DNA of 64,000 nucleotides, from positions 3,410,001 through 3,474,000 of the forward strand of contig JBHGNT010000009.1 of the NCBI GenBank assembly GCA_043228905.1. Direction: 5' to 3'. Below, piece after piece: positions 35,648-48,265 of the stretch; the first letter of the stretch is position 1; every line of letters begins with the position of its first letter. The notes under the pieces are model-generated. The model was not told where the DNA came from and ran no database searches. It was given only the letters and a program-made list of their open reading frames with translations. Origin of the DNA: Azolla caroliniana (lineage: Eukaryota > Plantae > Polypodiophyta). A program made the position numbers and the translations under genes.

Positions 35648-38035
35648 GTTGATTAAATGCTTCTATGTGGCACAAGTCAATTAACTGTAGCATAAAAAAA
35701 AACAATATCATCACACGATCCAGAACACATATTTGAGTACAGAATTCAAGAGCTAAAGAATATGTGAGCTCATCTTGCCAGAGAGAAATGAGAACTACAG
35801 ACTCTTTTGTGCGTATGTGTGTATTATATAAACACACAGACACACACAATAGGTTGCAACTATGGTGAACAAAACCACCATAAGTTGCTAGACCATTGCC
35901 TTGTATACAATATTACAAGTACAAATAATATTCCCAGATGTAGCTGCATCCAGGCTTTCAGAGCCAAGTTAGCTTTAAGAGCATTTCTGCATTAATCTTC
36001 GTTCAGGATGAGGAAAGCAAGCTTGCGCCAAGAAAATTCTAGATATCATGCAGATCTGCAAATTCCTGGCCGATACAATGATATACAGTACTTCTAGGAG
36101 ACAGAGGAGCTAAGTCAATACTTTATGCATTTAGCATTAAATGCAAGCTTGCGCCAGCAAAATTCTAGATATCATGCAGATCTGCAAATTCATGGCAGAT
36201 ACAATGATATACAGTACATCTGGAGAACATAAGAACAAAGTCGTTACTTTATACATTTAGCTTCAAATGCAAGGAGCTTGTCTAAAGAAGTGATTCCTAT
36301 CTCTGGGACAAGTAGCTTTCCAAAGAGATAACGTTCGTCATCACAGCAAAGAATGAAAGAAAACAGCATATGATTTTTTTAATGACAAATAACGAGGCAC
36401 TAGACATAACTTACAAGGGGATCCATGCAGGCTTTCAAAACTAAGTCAAATAAGCATAATTCTTTTCATTAAACTTCAGTATAAGAAGTTAAAGTTGGTC
36501 CATAGAACTTCTGAATATCCTGCAGATCTACAAATTTCTGCAACAGCTGAATATATTTTGAATACAAGAAATGTGTACAACGCATTACTTCAAGCTTTCG
36601 GCATTGAGGTAAGGTGCATGAGAACAAAGGTTATCCGAGAACATCTGAATAGCAAGTAGATCTACAAGTTTCGGCAATGAATACACTCGCAGCACAATGC
36701 GTATGTAAAGCTTCCAGATCTGGTGTAAGGTGATGTGAGTGCCAGACATCCTAAAGAGACAAAAGATGATCTAAAAATAGGATTAGCTAAGCATAATTCT
36801 TCATTGAGTTTCTCTACATGAGAACAAAGCAGGTCCGAGAACATTATGCCATGTTTAGATCTACAAATTTCAGGAACACAATTGCATCAAAGTCCAATAA
36901 ATACACTCAATGCACAAGAGAGGTGCACCAGGCATTGCCTTTAGCTGTGAACTTCAAAGAATGGTAGCTCATAGTACGGAAGGTGGCAAAGGCTTTTCCA
37001 AGCTACCTGAGAAGACTAAAAGAGAGACCAAACTAGAACCAACTAAGAACAATTCTTCATATAGTTTTAATGCACAAAACAAAGCATGTTTAAGAGACTT
37101 CTGGACATCATGTCTAGATCTACTCGGAACAGAAGAAAGGCGTATGAGTCATTGCTTTAATATTTCACATTCAAAGGAATGTAGCTCAAAGTACGTGAAA
37201 ATGCAGAATCGTTTCCATGAAACCTGAGAGTGCTATAGGGGATCTAATGAGAACAGGTTGCTATGAGCACGTGAGAGTACCAAATATTTTCCACGAAACG
37301 TGAGAAGGCTAAACATGTATAGGTGGCTCGACGCCATACATCAGAGCACCAAAGGTAATTCCTCGGAAATCCAAGAAAGGTAAAGAAGATCTGATGCGAA
37401 TGAAGAAAGAAACAGGTGACCAAAGGAAGAGGAAAGAAAGGCTACGCAGTAGTTGCACGGACAAGATCGCATTTTTCCAATGAAGAAAGCGCATGAGTTA
37501 TTACGGCAAGCACTGCTCAAAGAAAGAAAGCGCGTACAAGAGACAAATGCGATGTCTCTCCAGCTATGGTGATGCTTTGCCTGATCGAAAGGGATATGAG
37601 AAGCAAAAATACCAGCACAGAAAATCGAAGTGCAAGAAGTTAACGTCACGCCACGGTAGCGTCCCAATGTGTGAGAAATGCAAGAAGAAAATAGGAAGGA
37701 AGGAAGGAGAGAATGTGATGTGACAGGGTGTGGGAGTACACAAGCAGGAGAAGGAGGAGGAGAAGCAGAAGTCGCCATAGCTAGCCAAGGCGGTGGAGAA
37801 ATGCGTACCTTCAGATTGCAGGGGTCGAGAGGATCTGCACGAGAGTGTGGTGGGAAGAAGCTCAAAGGCGGGAAGAAGAAGAAGAAGAAGGCACCATTGG
37901 CGAGAAGGTCTGGCCTAGAAATGCTGGCCCCCAGAGTGGGAAGAGACTCTGTGCTTGAGATGAGATCGGGATCTGAGTGAGAAATGCAGAGATGGAGATG
38001 GTGATGGAGATAGAGATGGAGAAGCTCCCCCACCT
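35648..38035 (-). other. Putative PMT 5' UTR with a ~2.1-kb intron (~37808-35686) and a pyrimidine-rich first exon
   Basis: Minus strand GAAG|GTACG donor near 37808, CTACAG| acceptor near 35686, CT-rich leader at 37810-38035. Confidence 0.5.
36017..36275. repeat. ~125-bp tandem duplication in the putative PMT leader intron
   Basis: GCAAGCTTGCGCCA..AAAATTCTAGATATCATGCAGATCTGCAAATTC at 36017 and 36142. Confidence 0.85.
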
Positions 38036-38342
38036 CCCTGTTATTTGTCTTTTTGTTGTTGTTGCTCTTTTTTTAATAGTGTAATAGTGGAGAGAAAAAA
38101 GATTGAATCGAGATAATAATAAAAAAGTGTCGCTAAATATAGCGCAGATCTAGCGGTACTACTACCAATACATACATCTCCTTCTTCTTCTTTTTCTTAC
38201 CTCTCTTCTGTTTTTCTCCTCTTGGATGCTATAGATCTAAAATCCTAAGGTCTTCTTATTATTGAACACATCTTGTGAAAGAATCAATCCCTATGTATAT
38301 ACCATGCATGTGTGTATGGTCTTTTGTACACATATGTACAAT

Positions 38343-38680
38343 AAATAGGTTCTCTATTGTTTTGTGCATGGAAAATGGGGGGGCTTTGGTTTATTGGTAA
38401 AAATCATATTGTTTCATAGCATGAAGTTTCCTTTCGTGCGCCTCGACTAACTTTCATTTGGTTAAAATAGATTCTTATTGTTTCGTGCATGGAAAATGGG
38501 GGGGCTTTTGGTTTATTGGTAAAAAGCATATTGTTTCATAGCATGAAGTTTCCTTTCGTGCGCCTCGACTAACTTTCATTTCGTTAAAATAGGTTCTTAT
38601 TGTTTCGTGCATGGAAAATGGGGGAGCTTTGGTTTATTGGTAAAAAGCATATTGTCGTGCGCCTCGATTAGCTTTGTTCG
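38343..38680. repeat. ~122-bp tandem repeat (~2.7 copies) in the PMT upstream region
   Basis: GTGCATGGAAAATGGGGG..CTTTGGTTTATTGGTAAAA..CATATTG...CGTGCGCCTCGA repeated three times. Confidence 0.9.
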
Positions 38681-40510
38681 TTCGGTCACGTATATCCACA
38701 ACCTGAAACTAGTCGGCATTTGGTCTGGTATGTCGTCCACCTTGAAATTCCCATCTCCCTTGTCTTCTCCAAAAGCATTACCTCGCAAAGACCAGAGTGT
38801 GTCACATGTGTCTAGATGTAGCACTTACCCTACAACAAAGGTGTGGTGTCGCAAAGACGACTACACAAATGAAAAGAAAAACATAGAATGGGTGGGGATA
38901 TTGCTTACTAAGTTGATTGGGGAAATGGTGTAGATGTGGATATATTGGATAACACGTGGTCTTTTATGATGTAAAAATGTATAGTTGGGAAGGTTTTTGT
39001 GCATTAGGGTCATATCAATATACCAATTATTCCTTCAAATAGTGATTAGGATTGAAGTAATCACATTGCAAGTTATGCATATAATGCTTAAAATTGCACC
39101 TCCATTTGGATGTCGAAACTCCTAGATGTATAATTAAGACTCCTAGATGTATTATGAAGCATACTTTTTATGGCTCGATAAGATTGCGAAGAGTCACATA
39201 TCCAAACATTTTATTTGAATCTACTAAAGTCGAGTACATAAGTAGAGGCATAAAGTTTTATGCAAATTATGGTTCATGTAGATGTTCTTGAGTCCTCTTC
39301 CAGAATAATGAAAATGCTCTCTCACACATTACGAAGGATTTTATGCTACAATAATGGATACGTTGAAGATCATCCTTCAATGGTGTAGGAAACACCGACA
39401 CATAGTAGACTGTAGGGCATGAGCAGAGCTAACTTTCTCGTTTTTGCCAATCTATGATCACACAAAAAGGTGATGATGAGTGACACAAAAGTAGAAAGAC
39501 AATGAGTATACATGCACATTTAAGTTACTTTTTCCTTTTATTTAGAGTGTTTGTCTATATGAGCAACATTTACTTGCAAGTACCACAAGGATGCCCCTTC
39601 AATCAATAACATGTTGCATGAATTATTATCACTATAAGGACATAGGATTGAGATTCTAGACAATTCAATTGGAGATGCATATGAAGAAAGTGATTGCTCG
39701 ACTACAAAGAGAGGGACGACACAATTTCAATTTCACAAGAAAAATTTACTAACAAAACATACGCAATTATCAACATGTCATAAAGGAATTCCAAGATCCA
39801 CCTTTGCCCTTGTTGGAACATTGGACCAAGGGATGAAAAGATGTTATTGATGTTATTCAACGTCAACCTAATTGAAATCTCGAATTACTCTTAACATTTA
39901 TATTTTCCCATTCAATAGTATCATAGTAGTGGTAGTCAACGTATGTTTTTTTTGTCACGAGGAGACACAATTTTTGCTACAATTTGATGTACAAATTGTG
40001 AAATCTAGCACCATGCGCTTTACTACCAAGCAAAGATTTTTCACAAATTCCACATTACTTCAACATAAAAACATTACAAAGCCCACATTACTTTGACATC
40101 AAAATGTCGTTTCACAATTTCAAATAACCATATGTAAATTGGAAAAGTATTATTATGGCGATGATGCTAATATATATATATCAATCCAACAATGAAAGTA
40201 GGCTATCTTAATGGTTGGGTTATTGATTATGTATTACAAGGTCTTGGGTTCAAGTCTAGGATGTTTATGTGTTCATGACACTCACTCACACACACACTCT
40301 CCCTTTGGAAACAAATAATAATAACAATGAAATCACATAAATACTCAAGCAAAACGAAACAATAATAATAACAATGAAATCACATAAATTTAACAATTGT
40401 CACTATGTTAAATTTCTTAAAACAATATATTAATCTCCCATAATTTTTAAGGATGTCTTCAATGTTCCCTTCCCCCTTGGATCTAAACTTATGATGAATT
40501 GTAGAACTAG

Positions 40511-41980
40511 AATTTTTTTTCCTTCCAAAAAATCACTACTTCGCATTAGTTAGCAAACAAAATTACATCATAGAACTCTCAAAATTCCTCTCAACAGCCC
40601 TCACTCTGGCCTTCCCACCAAAGCGGACATAGTCCCCACCTCATTTTCAACAAACGTATCCAAACAACGCCAATAACCTAGTTATTTGTACCATAACTAT
40701 ACAAATTTACAGCACCTAGACGTTGTTGGAAACTATTGGGGGAAACAGCCATCGGGGTGCTTGGTAGTGCCATTGAGGCCCTGATGATGATCTGCCGACC
40801 ATAGGAGAATTACCCCATTTCAACAAGAACTTTGATCGAGATCTTTCAGCTGCATCAGATTCCCCCTTAATCGAGTCGTATCGTCCCCGCAGCCAAGAGA
40901 CCAACTCAAACCATATATTTATTAATACCTCACCACTAGGGATCTTTTGTTGTTGAAAAACAAACTTATAGCGGTTGGTCCGCGGTTGGTCCAAATGTGC
41001 CAGACTGATAAACAAGCCACCATCCTCTATATCTCTTCAAAAAGTTCTGAGTTAGTGCCAAGTCGAACTCTAGCCCGTTGAAACACCTTGCCACCTTGCA
41101 CTATAAATCCATGTCCGTGAGGGTTTAACTCTTTAGCCCAACCTTCCCCTGTTAACTTCAACCCCTGTACGGACCCCCATACAACTCTCCCACTCACGCC
41201 GCATGCTGCCACTATCCGGAGACTTCTACCCCAAATGTTAATAGCCTCGTTACAATTCCAAAAACAATGAGGAATTGATTCCAAAGGGTGACCACAAAAT
41301 TTGCATCCAGCCTCACCACCACGACACCTAAGCCACTCCCCCACTGGTACAACTTTGTGACTAAGAAGCCACAACCAAAGCTTTATTTTTTCTGGCATAT
41401 CGAACGCCCATAGCCTCCTCCAAAACGACTTCAACCAGCCATCAAAAATGCCTTTATCCTTCTAGCTATTGCGAGTTAAGGCAACACCCATCGATTTAGA
41501 TCCAATGATTTGCCTTCCTAGCTTGATAGTGTACTCGAAAAACCGTTCAAGTTTGTCCGTTCCCGATTTCTGCCACCACACCTCTAGTGGATCCCAATCC
41601 AGACAGATCACATATGGGCTTGTTGTCAACTATCCAAAGCTTACAATCAGATTGCAACTTCCCTGGGTCCGGGTTTAATTGCCACTTCTTACCTTCCAGC
41701 ATTGCCACTCGTACTGCCAACCACTGGCCATTGTCTGCCAAAGCACTTAGGTTGCCCCACCACCGATACTCATTAGATGGGCACCTGCCTCGGATAATTT
41801 GTGCATCGTCCTCACCCACAAACCACCCAAACCAGACCCCCTCTTCTTCATTCAACCTAGCTAGACCATCAACAACCTTATCTATCAAATGGGTAATCTT
41901 TTCCAGCCTGCCGGTAAATCTAGGGCTACCAACCAGTCCCTCCCTTCTTCTCCTTTTGAACTCCTCCTAGTCTCTTATTG
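40511..41980 (-). mobile_element. 5'-truncated LINE copy with TSD and poly(A)
   Basis: zf-RVT CKFCGHPLESIPHCFWNC; T-run at ~40513; TSD TGTAGAACTAG at 40500-40510 and 41981-41991. Confidence 0.85.
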
Positions 41981-43785
41981 TGTAGAACTAGTATTAGTCT
42001 AGTAACTAAAATTTTTGACCATTTTTTTGGATAAAAAATAAAAAATAAAAAATGACCATTTGCTTGTTAAACTTTAGTTAGCAAAGACTCTTTGCAAAAT
42101 TATTGTTTCATTAATACCTTGATTTTCCAAGTTGCAATCATGTGACCACTGACGTTCACAAGCTAAACATCTTTCATTTTTAAGAGAATGTGAAGACCGA
42201 CATAATGATAATTATGATAAAGATAACGTATTGTTATAAAATTTACATTAGCTGTCATGGTTCACTATCCATGTCGACCTTCTTTTGTCGACGATGTGAC
42301 AATTGACCCATTTGAGCTAAATCACAATTCATTGGTGTCTTTTGCATATTGTACGATGATTTGTAAACACAGTAACATTTTTAATTTACCCTCACTTTAT
42401 CTAGTTAGTTTTGTAGACATCAAGATCAATGCCGACCTATCCATTGTAATTTATTTACCTTTGTTTATCAAAAAAATTCTCTTAATTGGAAAATATTTCC
42501 CATTGTGTTTATTATATATTAGTTCTCTTATGTTCTTAACATCTATTAGTTGATATTTTTTCCATAACAAATGTCCAACTTTTAAAGTGTTCTTAGATAC
42601 ATTAAATTACAAAATATGAAAATTGTAAGATACTCAACACCAAATTGTATAGTATTGCAAGTTGCTCGGGTCGTGATGTTTCATGGACGTAAAGTCAATC
42701 CACTTACTTTTCTAAGTACCTCATGGTCTTATGTTGTTTTAATTCTTTATTAATTTCGTGGGTTTGATGATGTTTCCTAGAGAATTTTACCCATAAGAAG
42801 CTTGGTTGTGCTCAACATTTTATCATGGTCAATTCAATTAATTGTCCTTAGTATATTGTACTTTGTTGTTAAAATCTTTACCAGGAAAAGGATGATGCGA
42901 ATATTGTTCTTATAAAATTGTATTAAAACATTTACTGTATCCGAACACTACTAGTGCACTATGTGACCATGACTTATTATTAAGAATTAAAACATCATAG
43001 CTTACAATTTGTGATTAAGTTGCTCACATTTCGTTATCTTATTGCTAGCTTTTTATTTCTCTATCCATCTTACCTAAGGATTGTACGTTTTTGTTATCAA
43101 ATTCCTTTCTTAGAATTTTTTAATATTATTCGGCACCGACAAAAATTTCTATATTTCGAATGAGTTGTGCATTATAGTAAACCTCAAAAAAGCATGCCAA
43201 GATATTGGTAGGGAGTTAGAATGCTAAAGCCCAAAAGTGTGGATTGTGGTAGGGAGTTAGAATGCTAAATCCTATGCATTTCAATGGAGACGAGGATCAA
43301 ATCCTTCTCATATATTGTATTATCCATAAAGTGGACATAACGGCAAACCAAAAATTTATTAGGTCAATGAACTTCCTTGAAGGTTAGTGAGGATATGCTC
43401 TTTAACTCTTAGTGGCTTTCAAGTAGAGATTGTTATTGCATCTAACATGGATTATTCTTCCAAATATTAATGCATAATATTAGTTTCAAGATTTTTTTAA
43501 GATACAATTATGTAATTGACTTTTGACAAAGATCATCATGATCGTTAAGACTCATGCTCAAAAACACGTGTATTATATGAATGACAATTTTGAGCATCGA
43601 TACCAACATTTGCTATGGGATGCATGGTATGATGCAAAAGTCAAGGCTTTTATTGGAAGACTTAGAAGCATGTATGACTTTGAGAAACGATTTCGATATA
43701 TGCTACAAAAAAACCCCATGTATTGTATGAATTGAAACAACTTTTTCTATGATAACTATTACACACAAACTCTAATTTTTATAAT

Positions 43786-43789
<4 letters not shown>

Positions 43790-43839
<50 letters not shown>
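43790..43839. repeat. (GA)n microsatellite
   Basis: ~25 GA units. Confidence 0.95.
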
Positions 43840-43841
<2 letters not shown>

Positions 43842-44829
43842 ATGAATATATTGTATCATAATTCCATGGTTCTTAGTTAAAGGAAAGATAGTGTGGAATG
43901 TATGTAAGATTTTTTAAGATGCTGGAAATTCTACAACATAGTTGGCATTAGTCTCAAACACCATTTTGTGCAAAGTTATTTATTTGAAGAGTGATGACTA
44001 TCACTAGGTTCGACCTTAAGCAAGAGAGGAGTTGGACATGCCACATGTTTCTTTTGTACCATTCCATTGAAGATAGTACACATAGGCTTATTCAATGCCT
44101 TATTGCTCACACCATTTGCAAGTATTTATAAGATATTTGACAATTTTGACTTGTTATGTGAATCCTACACAATAGGTCTTTGCACAATATATTCAAAATT
44201 GTCCAAATGATGAGATGAATATCACATTCCAATCCTTATTTTGATAGGGGTTATAACATAATTGGAATATGTGTAAAGTGATTTGATGAATTTAAAAGAA
44301 GAAAACATTGCTCACCATTAGGGTATAACCTTAACAAAGAGGGAAAACAAAGGGACATTAAGAGAAAAGACATAATGTATGTTACGTTAACATCAAGAAC
44401 CGTGCCTAACTAAAAGTGAAATCCACATGAATTTCATAGAATATTCAGAAGAATAAAGGGGAAAGCACAAATTCACTCTTCATGGATAATTTTGTCGATT
44501 AACCCTTAAAGATTCACAAAAATGATGAGAATCCCCAAAACATTTAGTTTTTAAATATCCTTATTCAAAGCACTTCAAAAGTCCAACAATATAACTTAGC
44601 TATTGTTCAAATAACCATTTTCGTAACCCTTTTTATATTTCTCTAAATATGACCACACAATACATATTTGCTACAAAGACAAAAGGTTGTTTGTACCCAC
44701 TCTATGTTGGAAAACAAACAATATACATTCCACGTCAAAAGGTGTTGGAAGTAACTTACATTGAGGAATTTGATAGAATTGGTTTAAAAACATTGTAAAA
44801 ACTAATAGTTAAATTTTAGTTTTATTTCC

Positions 44830-45276
44830 ATGAAAGGTATGCCTTGGTATTATACGATCACAAGGAACAGGTACAAAAGTTGGAGAAACGGACATAATAT
44901 CCGAATCCCATGAGAGCAGTGTGCAGATTGCAGCAACTCAAAATCAGCAAGAGCCAACAACAAAGTTAACATACATTGTTTCCCAAAATGATGGGAACCA
45001 TATACATCCATCTTCCCTAAAAATGAGCATCGAATCCCATAACCGTTTAAAATGCACTTACTTCTTGAAAATAGTACTATCAAAATTCCTTGTAAAACTT
45101 TCATATTGACCATATAATGTATTAATGAACAACCATAACTCATCGATTATTCGAGTGACATTGTCAAATACTAATGCACATCGCGCCTTCCAAATCACCA
45201 AAATCAAGCTAGATGAAATTGGCTTCCAAATAATATCATCTCGAATTGGCAACTGTGAAGAAAAGCTATGATACCA
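44830..45276 (-). mobile_element. LINE 3' fragment
   Basis: SSLILVIWKARCALVFDN resembles the C-terminal WxxRN/C..vF motif of LINE ORF2. Confidence 0.55.
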
Positions 45277-46813
45277 TGTAAAGAATCGAGTATGATTCTA
45301 TGCAGCGGAATAGGTTAAAGATGTGTGTGAAAGAGGAGAGAGGAGAGACAGAAGATAGGTTGGAAGATGAAATACTCAAGATGTATATTAACAAGAAGTA
45401 GAATGACACTTACAAAGTAGGAGGAGGGTGCTTTATATAAAGTCACCCTCTCACTAAACCACTCATGCACTCTCCAGAAACTTTGGGAGGGGGGAATCTC
45501 ATTAACTATGTATCATAGAGTGTAACTCCTATTGTTGGGGGCAAGGCCGTCAATGCGGAAGAGTAGACAACGTCTGTGATGGTGAAGAATCTACGTATGC
45601 GAGTTAACACTAGATAAGCACAGAGAGAGAGAGAGAGATAGGCACAAAGAAATAGGATTTTATTTCTCAATAGCAACAACTACAAGAATTACAACCAGCA
45701 GCTACTAACGGGTTACAAAGTCACTTTATATAGTGACTGTCCTAGGGCAACTGCCCTTTGTGCTATTTACAAAAATAGCCCAAACTTGGGCTGTCCAAGG
45801 GGACAGTGTGAATACGGCCATTATACACTCGTATTCGACATTCCCCCGTAATGGGCGTATACATGGGTTATCTAAAGAATTACAGGTATATATACAAGGT
45901 TTATCGGACAGATCGGTTTTGTCAGAGTCGGCAAGATCCGAAGACAGAAGACCGAACCAGTTGGGTCGGAAGAGCTGAAGCCGATCCTCAAAGAACCGAT
46001 GTTGGTGGTCCGAAACCGTCTTGTGTTGTGTGTCCAACTTTAACCGGACCGATTTTTCGTTACGCCCATTTGGTGCCGAAGGGGTCGGAAACGATCCGCC
46101 GAAAGACACTTGGTCATTCTATTTGCGACATTATTGGTTGTGGATATCTTCTCTAGACTGATTTTCCTTGAAATGACGCAGTCTCGAACGAAGTGATATC
46201 GAACGTCGATATGCTTGGAGGCGTTGTGGTGAACTGGGTTTTTTGACAAAGCAACAACACCCTGACTGTCGCTGTAGACAACTGGAGCCGAGTCGGAGTC
46301 GACCTGTCAGAATGTGTGCGCCAGCCGGCCGAGCCATAAAGCTTCTTTTGCCGCGTCGGACGCAGCTACATATTCCGCTTCGGTCGTTGAGGTGGCTGTG
46401 CACTCCTGAAGTTTCGACTTCCACGAGATTGCTCCATTGCTGAATTTGAAACAATATCCGGCTGTTGATTTCCGACTGTTCACACAACCGACGAAGTTTG
46501 AGTCGGTGTAACCGACTACGCATTGTCATAACTAGACTCGAACCCATAACCTTTTGTTACACGGGTCGAGACTTTACCATTAGGTTATGAATTGTAATTT
46601 GAAGGATATTATTTTCATTTAGGTTTTATTAGGAAATTGATGTATATTCCAGATTTCTCTGGAACATTCTAGAAACTTCAGGAGTATTCCTGAAGACACT
46701 ATAAAAGGAGGCGCAAGGCATTAGTTCGAACCAAATCGGTTCAACGCCAGTCTTAAGCCTTCTAACCACTGTTGTATATCTTCCTTCATATAATACATAT
46801 ATCTTTCGCATCA

Positions 46814-46859
<46 letters not shown>

Positions 46860-47095
46860 ACTCATTCCTTCTCTCAAAGTTCGACACCTCTCATAGTACT
46901 AATCCTTCTCTGTCTTAGTACTATTCCCCGACAATAGTACTAATCCTTCTTTTAGTACTAATTCCTTCTCTGCCTTAATAGAGTTCCTGACAGTTTGAAC
47001 CGATTTCTGTCGGTGCCTGTCTGGTTTTTTCTCTCCCTCTTCCTTCTGTCTCCCTCCTTTCCTATTAGTCTCTTATTCCCCTTTTCCTTCATCCC

Positions 47096-48265
47096 ATGGC
47101 CACCGTTAGCGCTGAAGAGTATCAATCCGTTTTCTCGGAATTTCAATGCTTGAAAGAGAAGTTTCATGCTTTGGAACAAGAAAATCAACGCTTGTTGGGG
47201 GATCTTCAGCAAATTTCCTTAGAAAAGCAGCAAACGCAACAACAGCATGGGGAACTTGCGTTACGCGTGCAACAACTCGAAGCAACCATCGTAGCAATGC
47301 AACAACAAGGGCACGGAGCACAAGGGATTCATAAAGAACCCAAGATTGGCCTTCCCACGAAGTTCGATGGAACGCGATCGCAGTTTAGAGGGTTTCTTAA
47401 CCAGGTACGGTTAGTTATTCAAATGCATCCGTCCCGATATCCCACCGATGCATCACGAGTGGGTTTAGTAGGCACGTTGTTAAATGGCTCAGCATTAGCA
47501 TGGTTCGCTCCGCTACTAGAAAAGGAATCTCCAGTACTAAATAATTTTGAAGAATTCATAAGTGAGTTTAAAGCATGTTTTGGAGATACTGACAGCATAA
47601 GGACTGCAATCAATAAAATCCGGCGATTACGCCAAGGTGACCGTCCAGCCTCCGCATATGCTGCAGATTTCCGCCTACTCGCCGCCGATATCCCCTGGGA
47701 TGATCAAGCATTGATGGAACAGTTCCGCTATGGTCTACGCAACGATGTCAAGGATTTACTCTTGACTTTCCCTGAAGAGCCAAAATCATTAACAGAAGCA
47801 ATCAGTCGAGCGGTCAGATGTGACAACCGCCTCTTCGAGCGACGTTCGGAACGACAATTTCAGATGCCGAGGGCAAGATCCGAGCCTACCTATGCCTCAG
47901 TGGTAGCGAAACCTTTTCAAAGGGAGTCACATAATGCGCCTCCAGTAAGTACTCCAACTCCAATGGAAATTGACACTACACGTCGTCGTGGGCCGCTATC
48001 GGAGGAGGAAAAGCAACGACGCCGAACAAACCGATTATGCCTTTATTGCGGTGGACCAGGGCATATCGCGATAAACTGTCCCCATAGACCAAGAAGGCAG
48101 GTAAACCAAGTCGTTGTTAGTTCTGACTATACTAAACCCGAGTCTATTTCAGTAGGAATCTCTGATAGTCCTCATAGTCATAATAGTCCTAATAGTACTA
48201 ATAGTCCGAATCTCGCAAACAAATTTGATATCCTTAGCCAATTAGAAGAAGAGTTAAACGACTAA
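47096..48265 (+). CDS. gag: Gag: coiled-coil N-terminus, PEG10/LDOC1-like capsid, CCHC zinc knuckle
   Basis: 389 aa; EPKIGLPTKFDGTRSQFRGFLNQ, LRQGDRPASAYAADF, PMEID, CLYCGGPGHIAINC. Confidence 0.95.
   Translation: MATVSAEEYQSVFSEFQCLKEKFHALEQENQRLLGDLQQISLEKQQTQQQHGELALRVQQLEATIVAMQQQGHGAQGIHKEPKIGLPTKFDGTRSQFRGFLNQVRLVIQMHPSRYPTDASRVGLVGTLLNGSALAWFAPLLEKESPVLNNFEEFISEFKACFGDTDSIRTAINKIRRLRQGDRPASAYAADFRLLAADIPWDDQALMEQFRYGLRNDVKDLLLTFPEEPKSLTEAISRAVRCDNRLFERRSERQFQMPRARSEPTYASVVAKPFQRESHNAPPVSTPTPMEIDTTRRRGPLSEEEKQRRRTNRLCLYCGGPGHIAINCPHRPRRQVNQVVVSSDYTKPESISVGISDSPHSHNSPNSTNSPNLANKFDILSQLEEELND

Noticed and set aside
37341-38033. 230-aa ORF upstream of PMT
   Set aside because: GTG start, low complexity from CT-rich leader/intron sequence, no recognisable domain.
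42000-44800. AT-rich region with short duplications (TGGTAGGGAGTTAGAATGCTAAA x2) and small ORFs
   Set aside because: No termini or recognisable domains; probably old repeat debris.
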